Positions 1 to 8,152 of a DNA stretch of 32,000 nucleotides are shown here, piece after piece. The position numbers were made by a program, and so were the translations under genes. Numbering within the stretch: the stretch's first letter is position 1; the number at the start of each line of letters is the position of its first letter. The notes beneath the pieces are model-generated. The model had not been told where the DNA came from and searched no databases. It worked only from the letters and a program-made list of their open reading frames with translations. The DNA is from Erysipelotrichaceae bacterium (GTDB taxonomy: Bacteria > Bacillota_I > Bacilli_A > Erysipelotrichales > Erysipelotrichaceae): contig OY760660.1 of NCBI GenBank assembly GCA_963663995.1, positions 690,001 through 722,000 on the forward strand. The letters are read 5' to 3'.

Positions 1-1624
1 CCGCAATAATGGGATGTTGATCAACTAAGCTCTCTAAAACATCAACTGAAGTCGAACGTTTACGATTTGCTGGTAAGCCTAAATGATCAAATAAAACTTC
101 TGAGAGTTGTTTAGGTGAATTAATATTAAAATTCATTCCTGCCAATTTATAAATGGAATCGGTTAAAGCATTAATTTTAATTAAGGTTGTATCAGCAATA
201 TCACTAAGAATTGAAGCATCTACTAAGAAGCCTTCTTTTTCCATTTGATAAAGTACCTCAATCATAGGATAATCAATTTTCTTATAGACATCTAAAACAT
301 CTTTATCACTTAAAGATTTTAATAAATCAGCACTTGTTTTATGTAGAATAAGTGCTAATTCTCTGACTAAATTTTGATTCGCTTCATCATTTTTAGCGAT
401 TGCTGCACTAGGCCAATGAAAAACTTCAGCACATTTATTGTAGTTATTTAAACTAGAATCTTCGATAAATGCTAACAAAGAAACATCAATCATCTTTGGA
501 TTAAATTGAACTTTATCTGTTTGTGCATGAAATAAAGTTTTCACATCATAACTAATACAGTCCTTTGTTTCCTTGAGATAGCTTAAGCAAGCTTCATCTT
601 TAATAATCTCATCAATATCGATATAACAAGAATCTTTTCCGTCACTTAGTGCTAAGCCAAAAAGAGGATGTGGCCAATCACTATCTAAACGATAATGTCC
701 TACCACTGATAAGGGTTTTGATTGATCCAAATCTTTAAAAGATACCGCCTCATTCAAATCTTCTTTTGCGGCTTCAATATTGATTAATAGAGATTTCATC
801 TCATACTTTTCAAAAAATTTATTAGCTTCATATGGGGTTGGATTAAAGAGTGTATCCTCTAATTTAATCGCAATATCACCATCTGTCTTAATGGTTGCTA
901 ACCATTTGGAAAAAGTTGCTTTTTCACTTTGCGTTAAAACCGTTTCTTTTAACTTTCCTTTTAATTCTTCAACATGTTCAAGGACACCTTCAACACTATC
1001 GTACTGAGCTAAAAGCTTAAGTGCTGTTTTCTCACCAACACCTGGTAAACCAGGAATATTATCTGAAGGATCACCCATTAATCCCTTTAAGTCACAGATT
1101 TGTTCAGGACGTAAACCCATTGATGTCATCAATGCTGCTTCATCCATTTCTTCAATTTGACTAATCCCTTTTTTGGTTAACCAAACAGAAGTTGTTTTAT
1201 CTATTAATTGAAGCAAATCTTTATCAGATGATAAGACATTGATATCCCAATCAGGGTAGCGTTTAACTAAAGAACCAATAATATCATCGGCTTCTAGTCC
1301 GTCTTGTTGGTAATAACAATACCCACTTGATTGACAATATTCACGCACTAAAGGAAATTGAGAGATTAACTCTTCAGGTAAGGCTTTACGTGTCCCTTTG
1401 TATTCTTCATAGGCGTCATGTCTAAAAGTCTTTTTACCACTATCAAAGGCAATCACTAAAGCCTGTGGATTAATCAGTTCTAATGCTTTGTTTAACATGT
1501 TCGCAAAACCATATACGGCATTGGTTGCTTGACCAAAAGATGTTGTTGTCATACGCGTATAAGCCGTCGCATAATAAGCTCTAAAGAAGAGTGAATTTCC
1601 ATCCACTAATAACATTTTTTTCAT
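1..1624 (-). CDS. polA: DNA polymerase I, N-terminal ~541 aa (5'-3' exonuclease domain onward); C-terminus lies beyond the left window edge
   Basis: Absent from the ORF track because it is open at the left edge. My minus-strand translation from ATG 1624-1622 reads MKKMLLVDGNSLFFRAYYATAY...AFDSGKKTFRHDAYEEYKGTRK...LMGDPSDNIPGLPGVGEKTALKLL, which are 5'-nuclease/FEN and H3TH motifs. A GAGGA SD sits upstream. Confidence 0.9.
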   Translation of the reverse strand, partial: MKKMLLVDGNSLFFRAYYATAYTRMTTTSFGQATNAVYGFANMLNKALELINPQALVIAFDSGKKTFRHDAYEEYKGTRKALPEELISQFPLVREYCQSSGYCYYQQDGLEADDIIGSLVKRYPDWDINVLSSDKDLLQLIDKTTSVWLTKKGISQIEEMDEAALMTSMGLRPEQICDLKGLMGDPSDNIPGLPGVGEKTALKLLAQYDSVEGVLEHVEELKGKLKETVLTQSEKATFSKWLATIKTDGDIAIKLEDTLFNPTPYEANKFFEKYEMKSLLINIEAAKEDLNEAVSFKDLDQSKPLSVVGHYRLDSDWPHPLFGLALSDGKDSCYIDIDEIIKDEACLSYLKETKDCISYDVKTLFHAQTDKVQFNPKMIDVSLLAFIEDSSLNNYNKCAEVFHWPSAAIAKNDEANQNLVRELALILHKTSADLLKSLSDKDVLDVYKKIDYPMIEVLYQMEKEGFLVDASILSDIADTTLIKINALTDSIYKLAGMNFNINSPKQLSEVLFDHLGLPANRKRSTSVDVLESLVDQHPIIA

Positions 1625-1642
1625 AAGAATCCTCGCTTTACT

Positions 1643-1651
1643 ATTTTAACA
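1643..1651 (-). promoter_or_regulatory. Extended -10 promoter (TGTTAAAAT) for polA
   Basis: The minus strand reads TGTTAAAAT-agtaaagcGAGGAttctt-ATG, giving a short leader that contains the SD. Confidence 0.5.
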
Positions 1652-1659
1652 TACCCACC

Positions 1660-1684
1660 AAAAGAAAAAGCCCTTAGGGCTTTA
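1660..1684 (-). terminator. Rho-independent terminator after the SBP-like lipoprotein gene
   Basis: The stem AAAGCCC/GGGCTTT (1667-1673/1677-1683) has a 3-nt loop and is followed on the minus strand by TTTTCTTTT. It overlaps the stop codon. Confidence 0.7.
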
Positions 1685-2677
1685 TTCATTTGTCGTATTT
1701 GTACTTGATTCTTCAGCATAAGCGATGGGCAACATACCTTCTAAAGTTGATAGGTTTTCCCACATCAAGGTAATGTAGTTTTTATTCGCTAATGTATCAT
1801 TATCTGTTAAGAAAGCAATGTTGTGCATTTCAACCGATTGTAGATTTAATTCATCTTTAACGCGTTGGTATAAAGCTTCCATATCCTCAGTCAAGTTTGG
1901 TTCATGTACGATGTATTGAACTTCATCAATTTGAATACGCTCAAGCATAAGGGCAAGTTGTTCTTCAGTTGGTAAAACACCATAACGTGAAAGAATCAGT
2001 GGATAGACATTAATCCCAAAGGCTTTCTGCCAATTCCCAAAACTTGGGGTAACTGAAACAAAAGCAGTTTGTTGATCCCAGAGTTCTTGATAATCTGCAT
2101 CCATTCTCGCAAGTTCTAAAGCTAGCGCTTCATAGTTCGCTTCAAAAGATGCTTTTTCTTCAGGGTAATAGGTTACTAACCAATCTTTGATACTTCCTGC
2201 GACTGAAATCATTGTAATTGGATCTAACCATAAATATGGATCATTTTGATAAACATCAATCTGATCAAAAACAGAACCACTATAATAAGTAGATTCTAAG
2301 GTAACGCGAGTATTTGAAATATAATTTGTATCATAGCGTTGAAAAGCATAAACAGAAGCCGATGAACTTAAGTCAACCATCGCCACGCCTTCATTTTGAA
2401 GCAATTCATTGTATACAGATAAATAAGGTTCTAAATTACCAAAAACAAAGAGTACATCAAGATTTTCTAATAAGCTTTCGTAGTCACTTGTTATTTGGGC
2501 ACGCGTAATTGTTTTACCTTCACTAATATTTGTGACTGTTACTTTATTTTGGGCAATTCTTTCAACTAAATACTGCACCGGGTATACAGTTACACCAATG
2601 TTAGGTTGAGATAATTTACAAGCGCTTAAACTAAAGATTAAACTTGTGATTAGAGTTAATTTTATAATGGTTTTCAT
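1682..2677 (-). CDS. Lipoprotein, cluster-9 (ZnuA/TroA/PsaA-like) solute-binding protein fold with degenerate metal ligands
   Basis: The signal peptide carries the lipobox LSAC. The overall layout follows ZnuA-family SBPs (GNLEPYL, DPYLWLDP, YIVHEPN). The usual His ligands are replaced (DPH->DPY and others). Confidence 0.6.
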   Translation of the reverse strand: MKTIIKLTLITSLIFSLSACKLSQPNIGVTVYPVQYLVERIAQNKVTVTNISEGKTITRAQITSDYESLLENLDVLFVFGNLEPYLSVYNELLQNEGVAMVDLSSSASVYAFQRYDTNYISNTRVTLESTYYSGSVFDQIDVYQNDPYLWLDPITMISVAGSIKDWLVTYYPEEKASFEANYEALALELARMDADYQELWDQQTAFVSVTPSFGNWQKAFGINVYPLILSRYGVLPTEEQLALMLERIQIDEVQYIVHEPNLTEDMEALYQRVKDELNLQSVEMHNIAFLTDNDTLANKNYITLMWENLSTLEGMLPIAYAEESSTNTTNE

Positions 2678-2686
2678 GTCTAAAAT

Positions 2687-2695
2687 ATTATAGCA
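2687..2695 (-). promoter_or_regulatory. Extended -10 box (TGCTATAAT) 9 nt upstream of the SBP ATG; leaderless-type start
   Basis: The minus strand reads TGCTATAAT-attttagac-ATG, with no SD. Confidence 0.45.
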
Positions 2696-2706
2696 CAGAC
2701 CTGTGG

Positions 2707-3267
2707 CTAGGACTTTCTAACGCGATGAGATAGTGTCGTTTCTTGTTTATGACGAGCTTTAAGATTTCGATCTAATGAAAGAAGTCTTAAACGATTAAAA
2801 TAGATGACCATTAAGCTGAGTGGAATATGCATCAAAATCGTTAAAAAAGCACGATAAATAAACCAAGTACTTGGATATAAGAAAGTTAAATTTGCTAAAG
2901 CTAAAAGTCCATATAATATAAGTTCTTTTAAAAACACAACAATGACTGAAAGAATCATTAATTCTAAAGTAGTATCATTTACTTGATTTGACCATAAGCG
3001 CGCAATCACTAAGGTTAAACTGAAACTTAAAGCAGATAAGAAGAAGTAACCATAACGAACAAAGTCTAATAAAAGACCCACACTAAAGGCAACCAATAAA
3101 ACGGTTAAAAAGTTTTCTTTTCTAATGGTTAACATCAAGGCAATAATGCCTGTATTAAAAACGACAAATAAACGTCGATATTCAAAATCAACAGGAAAGA
3201 AACTTTGAAGAATTAAATCTAAGATAAAGGCTAATAGAATAAACGAAAGATTGATTAATCTATTCAT
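2707..3267 (-). CDS. mreD: Rod shape-determining protein MreD
   Basis: Polytopic membrane protein directly after mreC. I prefer the internal start MNRLINLSF at 3267, which gives an 8-nt overlap with the mreC stop, over the ORF-track start at 3327. Confidence 0.75.
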   Translation of the reverse strand: MNRLINLSFILLAFILDLILQSFFPVDFEYRRLFVVFNTGIIALMLTIRKENFLTVLLVAFSVGLLLDFVRYGYFFLSALSFSLTLVIARLWSNQVNDTTLELMILSVIVVFLKELILYGLLALANLTFLYPSTWFIYRAFLTILMHIPLSLMVIYFNRLRLLSLDRNLKARHKQETTLSHRVRKS

Positions 3268-4102
3268 AACGTTTAACCACTGCAACATAATCAATGTTAT
3301 AGAAGTCAACAGCTGGATCCACTTCAATTCTTAAACCAATCGCATTGCTTAAAGATTCTACTTTAGATACTTCACCCACAAGTAAACCCGATGGGAATGA
3401 ACCACCAATCCCTGAACTGATAACTTTCATGCCTTCAGTAATCGAAGATTGTGTATCAAGTAATTGAAGAATATAAGCTTGAGCATTAGGATCATAGCGT
3501 TCTAAAATCGCTTCTGCTGTTTTCGCTTCATCAATTTGAATCTTAACCGATACTTTATTTAAACTCGTTTCAGTTGTCAGTAAAAGAACCGTGGCTTCGT
3601 GGCTTGTCACATCAACCACTTTCCCCATTAAACCTCTTGAGGAAATAACAGCATCATTAATCGCAACCCCTTCACTCGATCCAACATTGATGTTTAAACT
3701 ATGATTAAAACTGTCTGTTGAGCGGGATGCGATTTTGGCTGAGATTAATTCATACTGAGAATAGGTGCTTTTTAAATCAGCTAAATCTTTTAAATCTTCG
3801 ATTTCACGATAGGTTTCTTCAAGCTTAGCCTGATACAAAGCAATTAATTCTAATTCTTTACGATAGGCATCATTTTCCTCTTGAGTATGCCAAAAGGATG
3901 CGATACGCTCAGTAATATTGCCTAAAGATGTTATTGGCATTTGAAAAAAAGCTGAATTAACAAGTGAGAAAAAACGATAACCAGGATCATTTAAAGTCAC
4001 TGAAGGTGCAGATAATTGTAAAGTATTCAAGAATAAGATAAAACTCACAACAATCCCAGCAATCCAGGCTAGGAATTGTTGAAGTGGGCTCATATTTTTC
4101 AT
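3260..4102 (-). CDS. mreC: Rod shape-determining protein MreC
   Basis: N-terminal TM segment, a coiled coil (ENDAYRKELELIALYQAKLEE), then beta-barrel domains with GLMGKVVDV and FPSGLLVGEV motifs. Confidence 0.9.
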   Translation of the reverse strand: MKNMSPLQQFLAWIAGIVVSFILFLNTLQLSAPSVTLNDPGYRFFSLVNSAFFQMPITSLGNITERIASFWHTQEENDAYRKELELIALYQAKLEETYREIEDLKDLADLKSTYSQYELISAKIASRSTDSFNHSLNINVGSSEGVAINDAVISSRGLMGKVVDVTSHEATVLLLTTETSLNKVSVKIQIDEAKTAEAILERYDPNAQAYILQLLDTQSSITEGMKVISSGIGGSFPSGLLVGEVSKVESLSNAIGLRIEVDPAVDFYNIDYVAVVKRYE

Positions 4103-4118
4103 GCTACTCTATTATAAC

Positions 4119-4802
4119 TTATTCTTTTAATTTGGAAATCATTGAACGCAAAGAAGTATAGCCCGTCTTCGAAATAATAATGTGATCTAAAAGTGGAATC
4201 CCCATCGTTACTCCCGCTTCTTCTAATACCTCAGTTACTTTTAAGTCATTTTGTGAAGGTGAAGTATCACCACTAGGATGATTATGCACGACAATGATAC
4301 GAGCCGCTGAGAGTGCACAGGCATGTTTATAGATTTCACGTGGATGAACGATTGAGCGATCTAATCCACCGGTAAAAAGAATACGATGACCAATCACATG
4401 ATTCTTTGTGTTCAAGAAAACAACTAAGAAATTCTCTTGGTCTAGAGCACCTATTTCATGACGCAACCAATCAATTAAGCGTTGCGGTTGATCGACCACA
4501 TCAATATTGGTACTTTGTGCTTTAGCCATCCGTCGTGATAATTCACCAATCGCACATATTTCACTTGCCTTAGCTTTTTTAATTCCTGGAATTTGAATCA
4601 GTTGATCATAGCTTAATAAACTAAGACCTAATAAATCCTTAGCTTCATCCATGAGTGTTTGAGCTAAATCTAACACAGGAATTTGTTTCGTTCCTGTTTT
4701 TAAAACACAAGCGATAAGTTCTGTATTACTTAAACTCTTAACCCCATATTGAATCAATTTTTCACGTGGTTTTTCGGGGCTAAAAACAGAAATAGAGGCC
4801 AT
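4119..4802 (-). CDS. radC: RadC-family JAB/MPN domain protein
   Basis: HhH region followed by the JAMM-like motif VVHNHPSGDTSPSQND. The start MASISVF at 4802 is preceded by AGAGG. The ORF-track start at 4820 would overlap the upstream small ORF. Confidence 0.85.
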   Translation of the reverse strand: MASISVFSPEKPREKLIQYGVKSLSNTELIACVLKTGTKQIPVLDLAQTLMDEAKDLLGLSLLSYDQLIQIPGIKKAKASEICAIGELSRRMAKAQSTNIDVVDQPQRLIDWLRHEIGALDQENFLVVFLNTKNHVIGHRILFTGGLDRSIVHPREIYKHACALSAARIIVVHNHPSGDTSPSQNDLKVTEVLEEAGVTMGIPLLDHIIISKTGYTSLRSMISKLKE

Positions 4803-4807
4803 CGCCT

Positions 4808-4933
4808 CTATTTCCCCCATGTCAGTTCGACACCAGGTAAACTGACTCGTCCTCGACCACTGGTAATGACTTTGTAGATAGCCGCTACCCCAGCCGCGAT
4901 TGCGACATAAACTAGAATCGTAGATGTTGCCAT
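4808..4933 (-). CDS. 41-aa single-pass hydrophobic peptide (MATSTILVYVAIAAGVAAIYKVITSGRGRVSLPGVELTWGK)
   Basis: It falls below the ORF-track length cutoff. A strong SD (AGGAGGT) lies 6 nt before the ATG at 4933. An Ala/Gly-rich TM helix is followed by a basic tail, and the TAG stop lies 5 nt before the radC ATG. Confidence 0.55.
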   Translation of the reverse strand: MATSTILVYVAIAAGVAAIYKVITSGRGRVSLPGVELTWGK

Positions 4934-4970
4934 AAAATGACCTCCTACTCTTCTAATTTGCGCCCACAAA

Positions 4971-5153
4971 CTATTCTCCTAAGATTTCTTTTAATTCTTT
5001 GATTTTTTCTTCAATTGTGATTAGAGCTTGATTTAATTGATGCTCTTGAATGGCTTCATGTTCCCACTGAATACTTTCAACAAGTTGCCCACTTTCAACA
5101 GCGATTAAATGAATCAGTCTTTCGACTTCACTACGGTTGAGTTCTTTTTTCAT
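4971..5153 (-). CDS. Hypothetical 60-aa helical protein (MKKELNRSEVERLIHLIAVESGQLVESIQWEHE...)
   Basis: ORF only. The longer 95-aa form would overlap the divergent transporter gene, so I use the internal Met. There is no SD. It faintly resembles a MazG-type helix motif (E-x-G-x-L-x-E). Confidence 0.35.
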   Translation of the reverse strand: MKKELNRSEVERLIHLIAVESGQLVESIQWEHEAIQEHQLNQALITIEEKIKELKEILGE

Positions 5154-5193
5154 ATAAGACAAGTGTATACTAAATTTAAGAACGATAACACTT

Positions 5194-6480
5194 ATGAATG
5201 AATCACTCAGCAAAAAAGAGAAAATAGCTTTTGGCTTTGCTGGTCTTGGCCAAAACATGGTTTATAATTTCGCCACTGCTTATATCATGGTTTTTTATAC
5301 GGATGTTGTAAAATTACTTCCTTATGCAGTTGGGACCATGCTTTTAGTGGCTCGTTTCTTTGATGCAGTAAATGATCCTATAATGGGAATATTTGTTGAT
5401 CGAAGAAAAGGTGGACGAGAAAAACTTTTACCTTTTTTACGTGCTGTACCTATTCCGATGTTTATAGCTACGATGTTGTTATTTTTGATTCCCTTTGAAA
5501 GTATGGGAGCGCGCTTAATCTATGCTTATTTTAGTTTTATTTTATGGGACTTAGTTTATACCGTATCTGATATTCCATTTTGGGGATTGACAGTCTTAAT
5601 GACACCCCATTCAAAAGATCGTTTATCTTTACTGACTTATGCTCGCGTCCTCTCGAATGTTGGATTAGCGATATCAATCGTTATTCCACCATTAATGATT
5701 TCTTCTCTAGGATCAAATCACCGAGCTTATTTAATTACCGGCTTAATCATGGCTGGTATTGGTGTTCTCCTATTTTCTTCAGTTGGTTTTTTCGCAAAAG
5801 AGCGTGTTCATCCTGATAATAACAATCAAAAAGGCAGTCTATTATCCATCCTAAAAAATAAACCTTTAATGATTCTACAAAGTTCACGTTTACTCTCTGC
5901 TTTTAGAATGGTCCTAGCCACTTCTGGCTTATATTACGCTAAGTATAATTTAGGCGATGAAGCTCAATTCTCAATCATGGGCGGTTTATTAATCGCATCG
6001 ATGATTCTCGCCATGCTGATTACCCCACGCCTACGAAAAAATTACACTAAAAAAGCCCTTTACAATTTTTCTCTTGTTTTAGGCTTTATAGCTCATTTTA
6101 CTTTATATCTTATTGGTGATACATCAACGATTATCACCTATTCAATGCTCTTTATATCAGGTTTATCATTAGGTTTAGGCGATGTTATCTCTTATACCTT
6201 AGTTGGAGATAGTGTTGAGTATCATCATCAAAAAACAGGTATAAGACTTGAAGGCATGATCTTTGCGACCCATACCTTTACCACTAAACTTCAATCAGCT
6301 CTAGGTTTATTTACAATCGGTCTTGTTTTAAACTACAGTGGATTTATTGAGAATACCCTGCAAAATCCAAGTGCTCTAAATGGAATCTTTTCGCTAATTT
6401 CTCTATTACCAGCCATTGCTTGTTTACTGAGTTTAATACCTATGTTTTTCTTTAAACTTGACGATAACATTCACGCTTAA
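5194..6480 (+). CDS. Glycoside-pentoside-hexuronide (GPH) family cation symporter (MelB/YicJ/YihO-like MFS)
   Basis: About 12 TM segments. The GPH signature FFDAVNDPIMGIFVDRRKGGREKLLPF lies in the loop between TM2 and TM3. Confidence 0.85.
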   Translation: MNESLSKKEKIAFGFAGLGQNMVYNFATAYIMVFYTDVVKLLPYAVGTMLLVARFFDAVNDPIMGIFVDRRKGGREKLLPFLRAVPIPMFIATMLLFLIPFESMGARLIYAYFSFILWDLVYTVSDIPFWGLTVLMTPHSKDRLSLLTYARVLSNVGLAISIVIPPLMISSLGSNHRAYLITGLIMAGIGVLLFSSVGFFAKERVHPDNNNQKGSLLSILKNKPLMILQSSRLLSAFRMVLATSGLYYAKYNLGDEAQFSIMGGLLIASMILAMLITPRLRKNYTKKALYNFSLVLGFIAHFTLYLIGDTSTIITYSMLFISGLSLGLGDVISYTLVGDSVEYHHQKTGIRLEGMIFATHTFTTKLQSALGLFTIGLVLNYSGFIENTLQNPSALNGIFSLISLLPAIACLLSLIPMFFFKLDDNIHA

Positions 6481-7289
6481 AGCGACTTATTCATTTTCAA
6501 GATAAGTTGGGCAAATTCTGAAACCCCAGCTTTTTTTGCGTCTGAAACAATAATATCAGCGACTTCTTTAATAAAGTCATCAGCATTATCGACGGCTGCA
6601 CTATAACCGACTTCACTTAACATAATACGATCATTGACACTATCACCAATGGCCGCCACATGATCAATGCTATCTCCTTCCAGCTGAAGGATTTCTTGTA
6701 TACCACTAAGTTTGGAATGACCAAAAGGCATAACATCCATATAAGCATCACTAAATCGCTCACAATAAGCTTTATCATGATATTTACTGATAAAAGCATC
6801 TAAGAGTTCTGGATAATCATTATTTTCACGATGCAAACAAAGTTTTGGAAAAGGATTATGAACATTATTAAGTTCAGTAATTGGAGCCACCTTCATCTTA
6901 CAGTGATCTCTTTCATAAATAACAGAATGATCTAAATGAGAATAATAAAGAGTTTTATCTTGTTCTAAGGAGAAATGAAGTCCTAATCTTTTCGCTTCTT
7001 CAATATACTCACTCAAGTCTTCAACACTGTGATCATATTGGACAAAAGGTTTTAAATCACCGGCTCTTTGAACCATCGTTCCATTTCCACCGACTAAAAA
7101 ACCACCATATTTTTCTAAGTGAACTGCTTGTGCAACAACTTCAATTGCTGAAATGGTTCGACCAGAAGCCAAGATAAGTTTTACCCCAGATTCTTGTAAT
7201 GCAATTAAGGATTCTATGTTTTTAGGGTGTATCCCTACTTCAACATCAAACAAGGTGTGATCAATGTCGGTAACGAAATATTTATACAT
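6477..7289 (-). CDS. Cof-type HAD-IIB sugar phosphatase (YbiV/Cof-like)
   Basis: Motif I is VTDIDHTLF, motif II ILASGR, and motifs III/IV are K...GDSVNDRIML. The cap domain is of Cof-family length. Confidence 0.85.
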   Translation of the reverse strand: MYKYFVTDIDHTLFDVEVGIHPKNIESLIALQESGVKLILASGRTISAIEVVAQAVHLEKYGGFLVGGNGTMVQRAGDLKPFVQYDHSVEDLSEYIEEAKRLGLHFSLEQDKTLYYSHLDHSVIYERDHCKMKVAPITELNNVHNPFPKLCLHRENNDYPELLDAFISKYHDKAYCERFSDAYMDVMPFGHSKLSGIQEILQLEGDSIDHVAAIGDSVNDRIMLSEVGYSAAVDNADDFIKEVADIIVSDAKKAGVSEFAQLILKMNKSL

Positions 7290-7298
7290 ACAAGTGAT

Positions 7299-7307
7299 AT
7301 TTTAACA
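7299..7307 (-). promoter_or_regulatory. Extended -10 (TGTTAAAAT) 9 nt upstream of the HAD (6477-7289) ATG; leaderless-type
   Basis: The minus strand reads TGTTAAAAT-atcacttgt-ATG, with no SD. Confidence 0.5.
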
Positions 7308-7322
7308 TGAGTTAAAATCACA

Positions 7323-7331
7323 TGTTATAAT
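7323..7331 (+). promoter_or_regulatory. Extended -10 (TGTTATAAT) 7 nt upstream of the HAD (7339-8124) ATG; leaderless-type
   Basis: The plus strand reads TGTTATAAT-tttcatt-ATG, with no SD. It forms a back-to-back inverted pair with the 7299-7307 box. Confidence 0.55.
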
Positions 7332-7338
7332 TTTCATT

Positions 7339-8124
7339 ATGAAAAAATTACCAAAAACATTATTCTTTGATTTTGATGGTACAATCGTTGATCCGATTAG
7401 CCATACAGTACCCCAGACTGCTCTTGATGCCCTTCAAGAACTACACGATAAAGGCTATCACATTTGTATTGCCTCTGGCCGTGGTTATCCACTTTTAAAG
7501 GCAACTGGCATTATGCAACAATTCCCTTGGTCAGGTTATGTTTTAAATAACGGACAATTGATAAAAGATGAAAACGAAGAAACATTGATTCATCACTTTA
7601 TCGAACACGATGTTGTTTTAAAACTGATTGAAGAAGCAAATAAATTAGATTTAAATATTCAATTTGGCGCAAGCTCAGGTGACTTCATGAATAAAGAAGC
7701 AAACGATTATGTTAGAGCTGCTCATGAATTCTTCCATGAACCTATTTCACCAGTGGGTGAATATACAGGTCAATCTTGTGACAAGATTTTAGTCTACAAT
7801 GAAGTTGGTTATGATTATGCTCCTTTTAAAGCGATAAAAGGTCTAGCTGTTTTTCCAGCTAGAAGCTCCTATGCCGATTGTGCATGTGAAGGCATTTCTA
7901 AAGCAAGTGCCATCATTGAAATGTGTAAACATAAAGCTTGGGATGTTCATTATGCTGCCTTTGGAGATTCACACAATGATATGGAAATGTTACAAGGTGC
8001 AAGTTTAAAAGTAGCGATGGGTAATGGTGAAGAAGAACTTAAAGACATTGCTGATTATGTTGCCCCAAATGTTTGGGATGATGGACTAGCAAAAGTTTTA
8101 AAAGATATTGGTTATATTGACTAA
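7339..8124 (+). CDS. Cof-type HAD-IIB phosphatase
   Basis: Motif I is FFDFDGTIVD, motif II IASGRG, and motif IV FGDSHNDMEML. Confidence 0.85.
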   Translation: MKKLPKTLFFDFDGTIVDPISHTVPQTALDALQELHDKGYHICIASGRGYPLLKATGIMQQFPWSGYVLNNGQLIKDENEETLIHHFIEHDVVLKLIEEANKLDLNIQFGASSGDFMNKEANDYVRAAHEFFHEPISPVGEYTGQSCDKILVYNEVGYDYAPFKAIKGLAVFPARSSYADCACEGISKASAIIEMCKHKAWDVHYAAFGDSHNDMEMLQGASLKVAMGNGEEELKDIADYVAPNVWDDGLAKVLKDIGYID

Positions 8125-8152
8125 AAAGTTGGAATTATTTCCAACTTTTTTT
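8123..8152. terminator. Bidirectional rho-independent terminator shared by the HAD gene (+) and the GRE-aldolase operon (-)
   Basis: The stem AAAAAGTTGGAA/TTCCAACTTTTT (8123-8134/8139-8150) has a TTAT loop, with T-runs on both strands. Confidence 0.8.

Noticed and set aside
780-1007. 75-aa plus-strand ORF in the track
   Set aside because: It lies entirely antisense within the clearly recognisable polA reading frame. It has no SD and its composition is not protein-like, so it is a shadow ORF.
4821-4970. The locally GC-rich stretch as a structured ncRNA
   Set aside because: I could not match any known RNA family signature (SRP, 6S, RNase P, tmRNA). The GC enrichment is explained by the Ala/Gly codons of a well-initiated 41-aa ORF. 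Only one short 7-bp hairpin was found.
5194-8124. Sulfoquinovose (yih-like) catabolic cluster, suggested by the GPH transporter plus DeoR regulator
   Set aside because: There is no sulfoquinovosidase, isomerase, sulfolactaldehyde reductase/dehydrogenase or sulfonate exporter. The GRE/FSA/HAD set fits the ybiVWY-fsaA type better.
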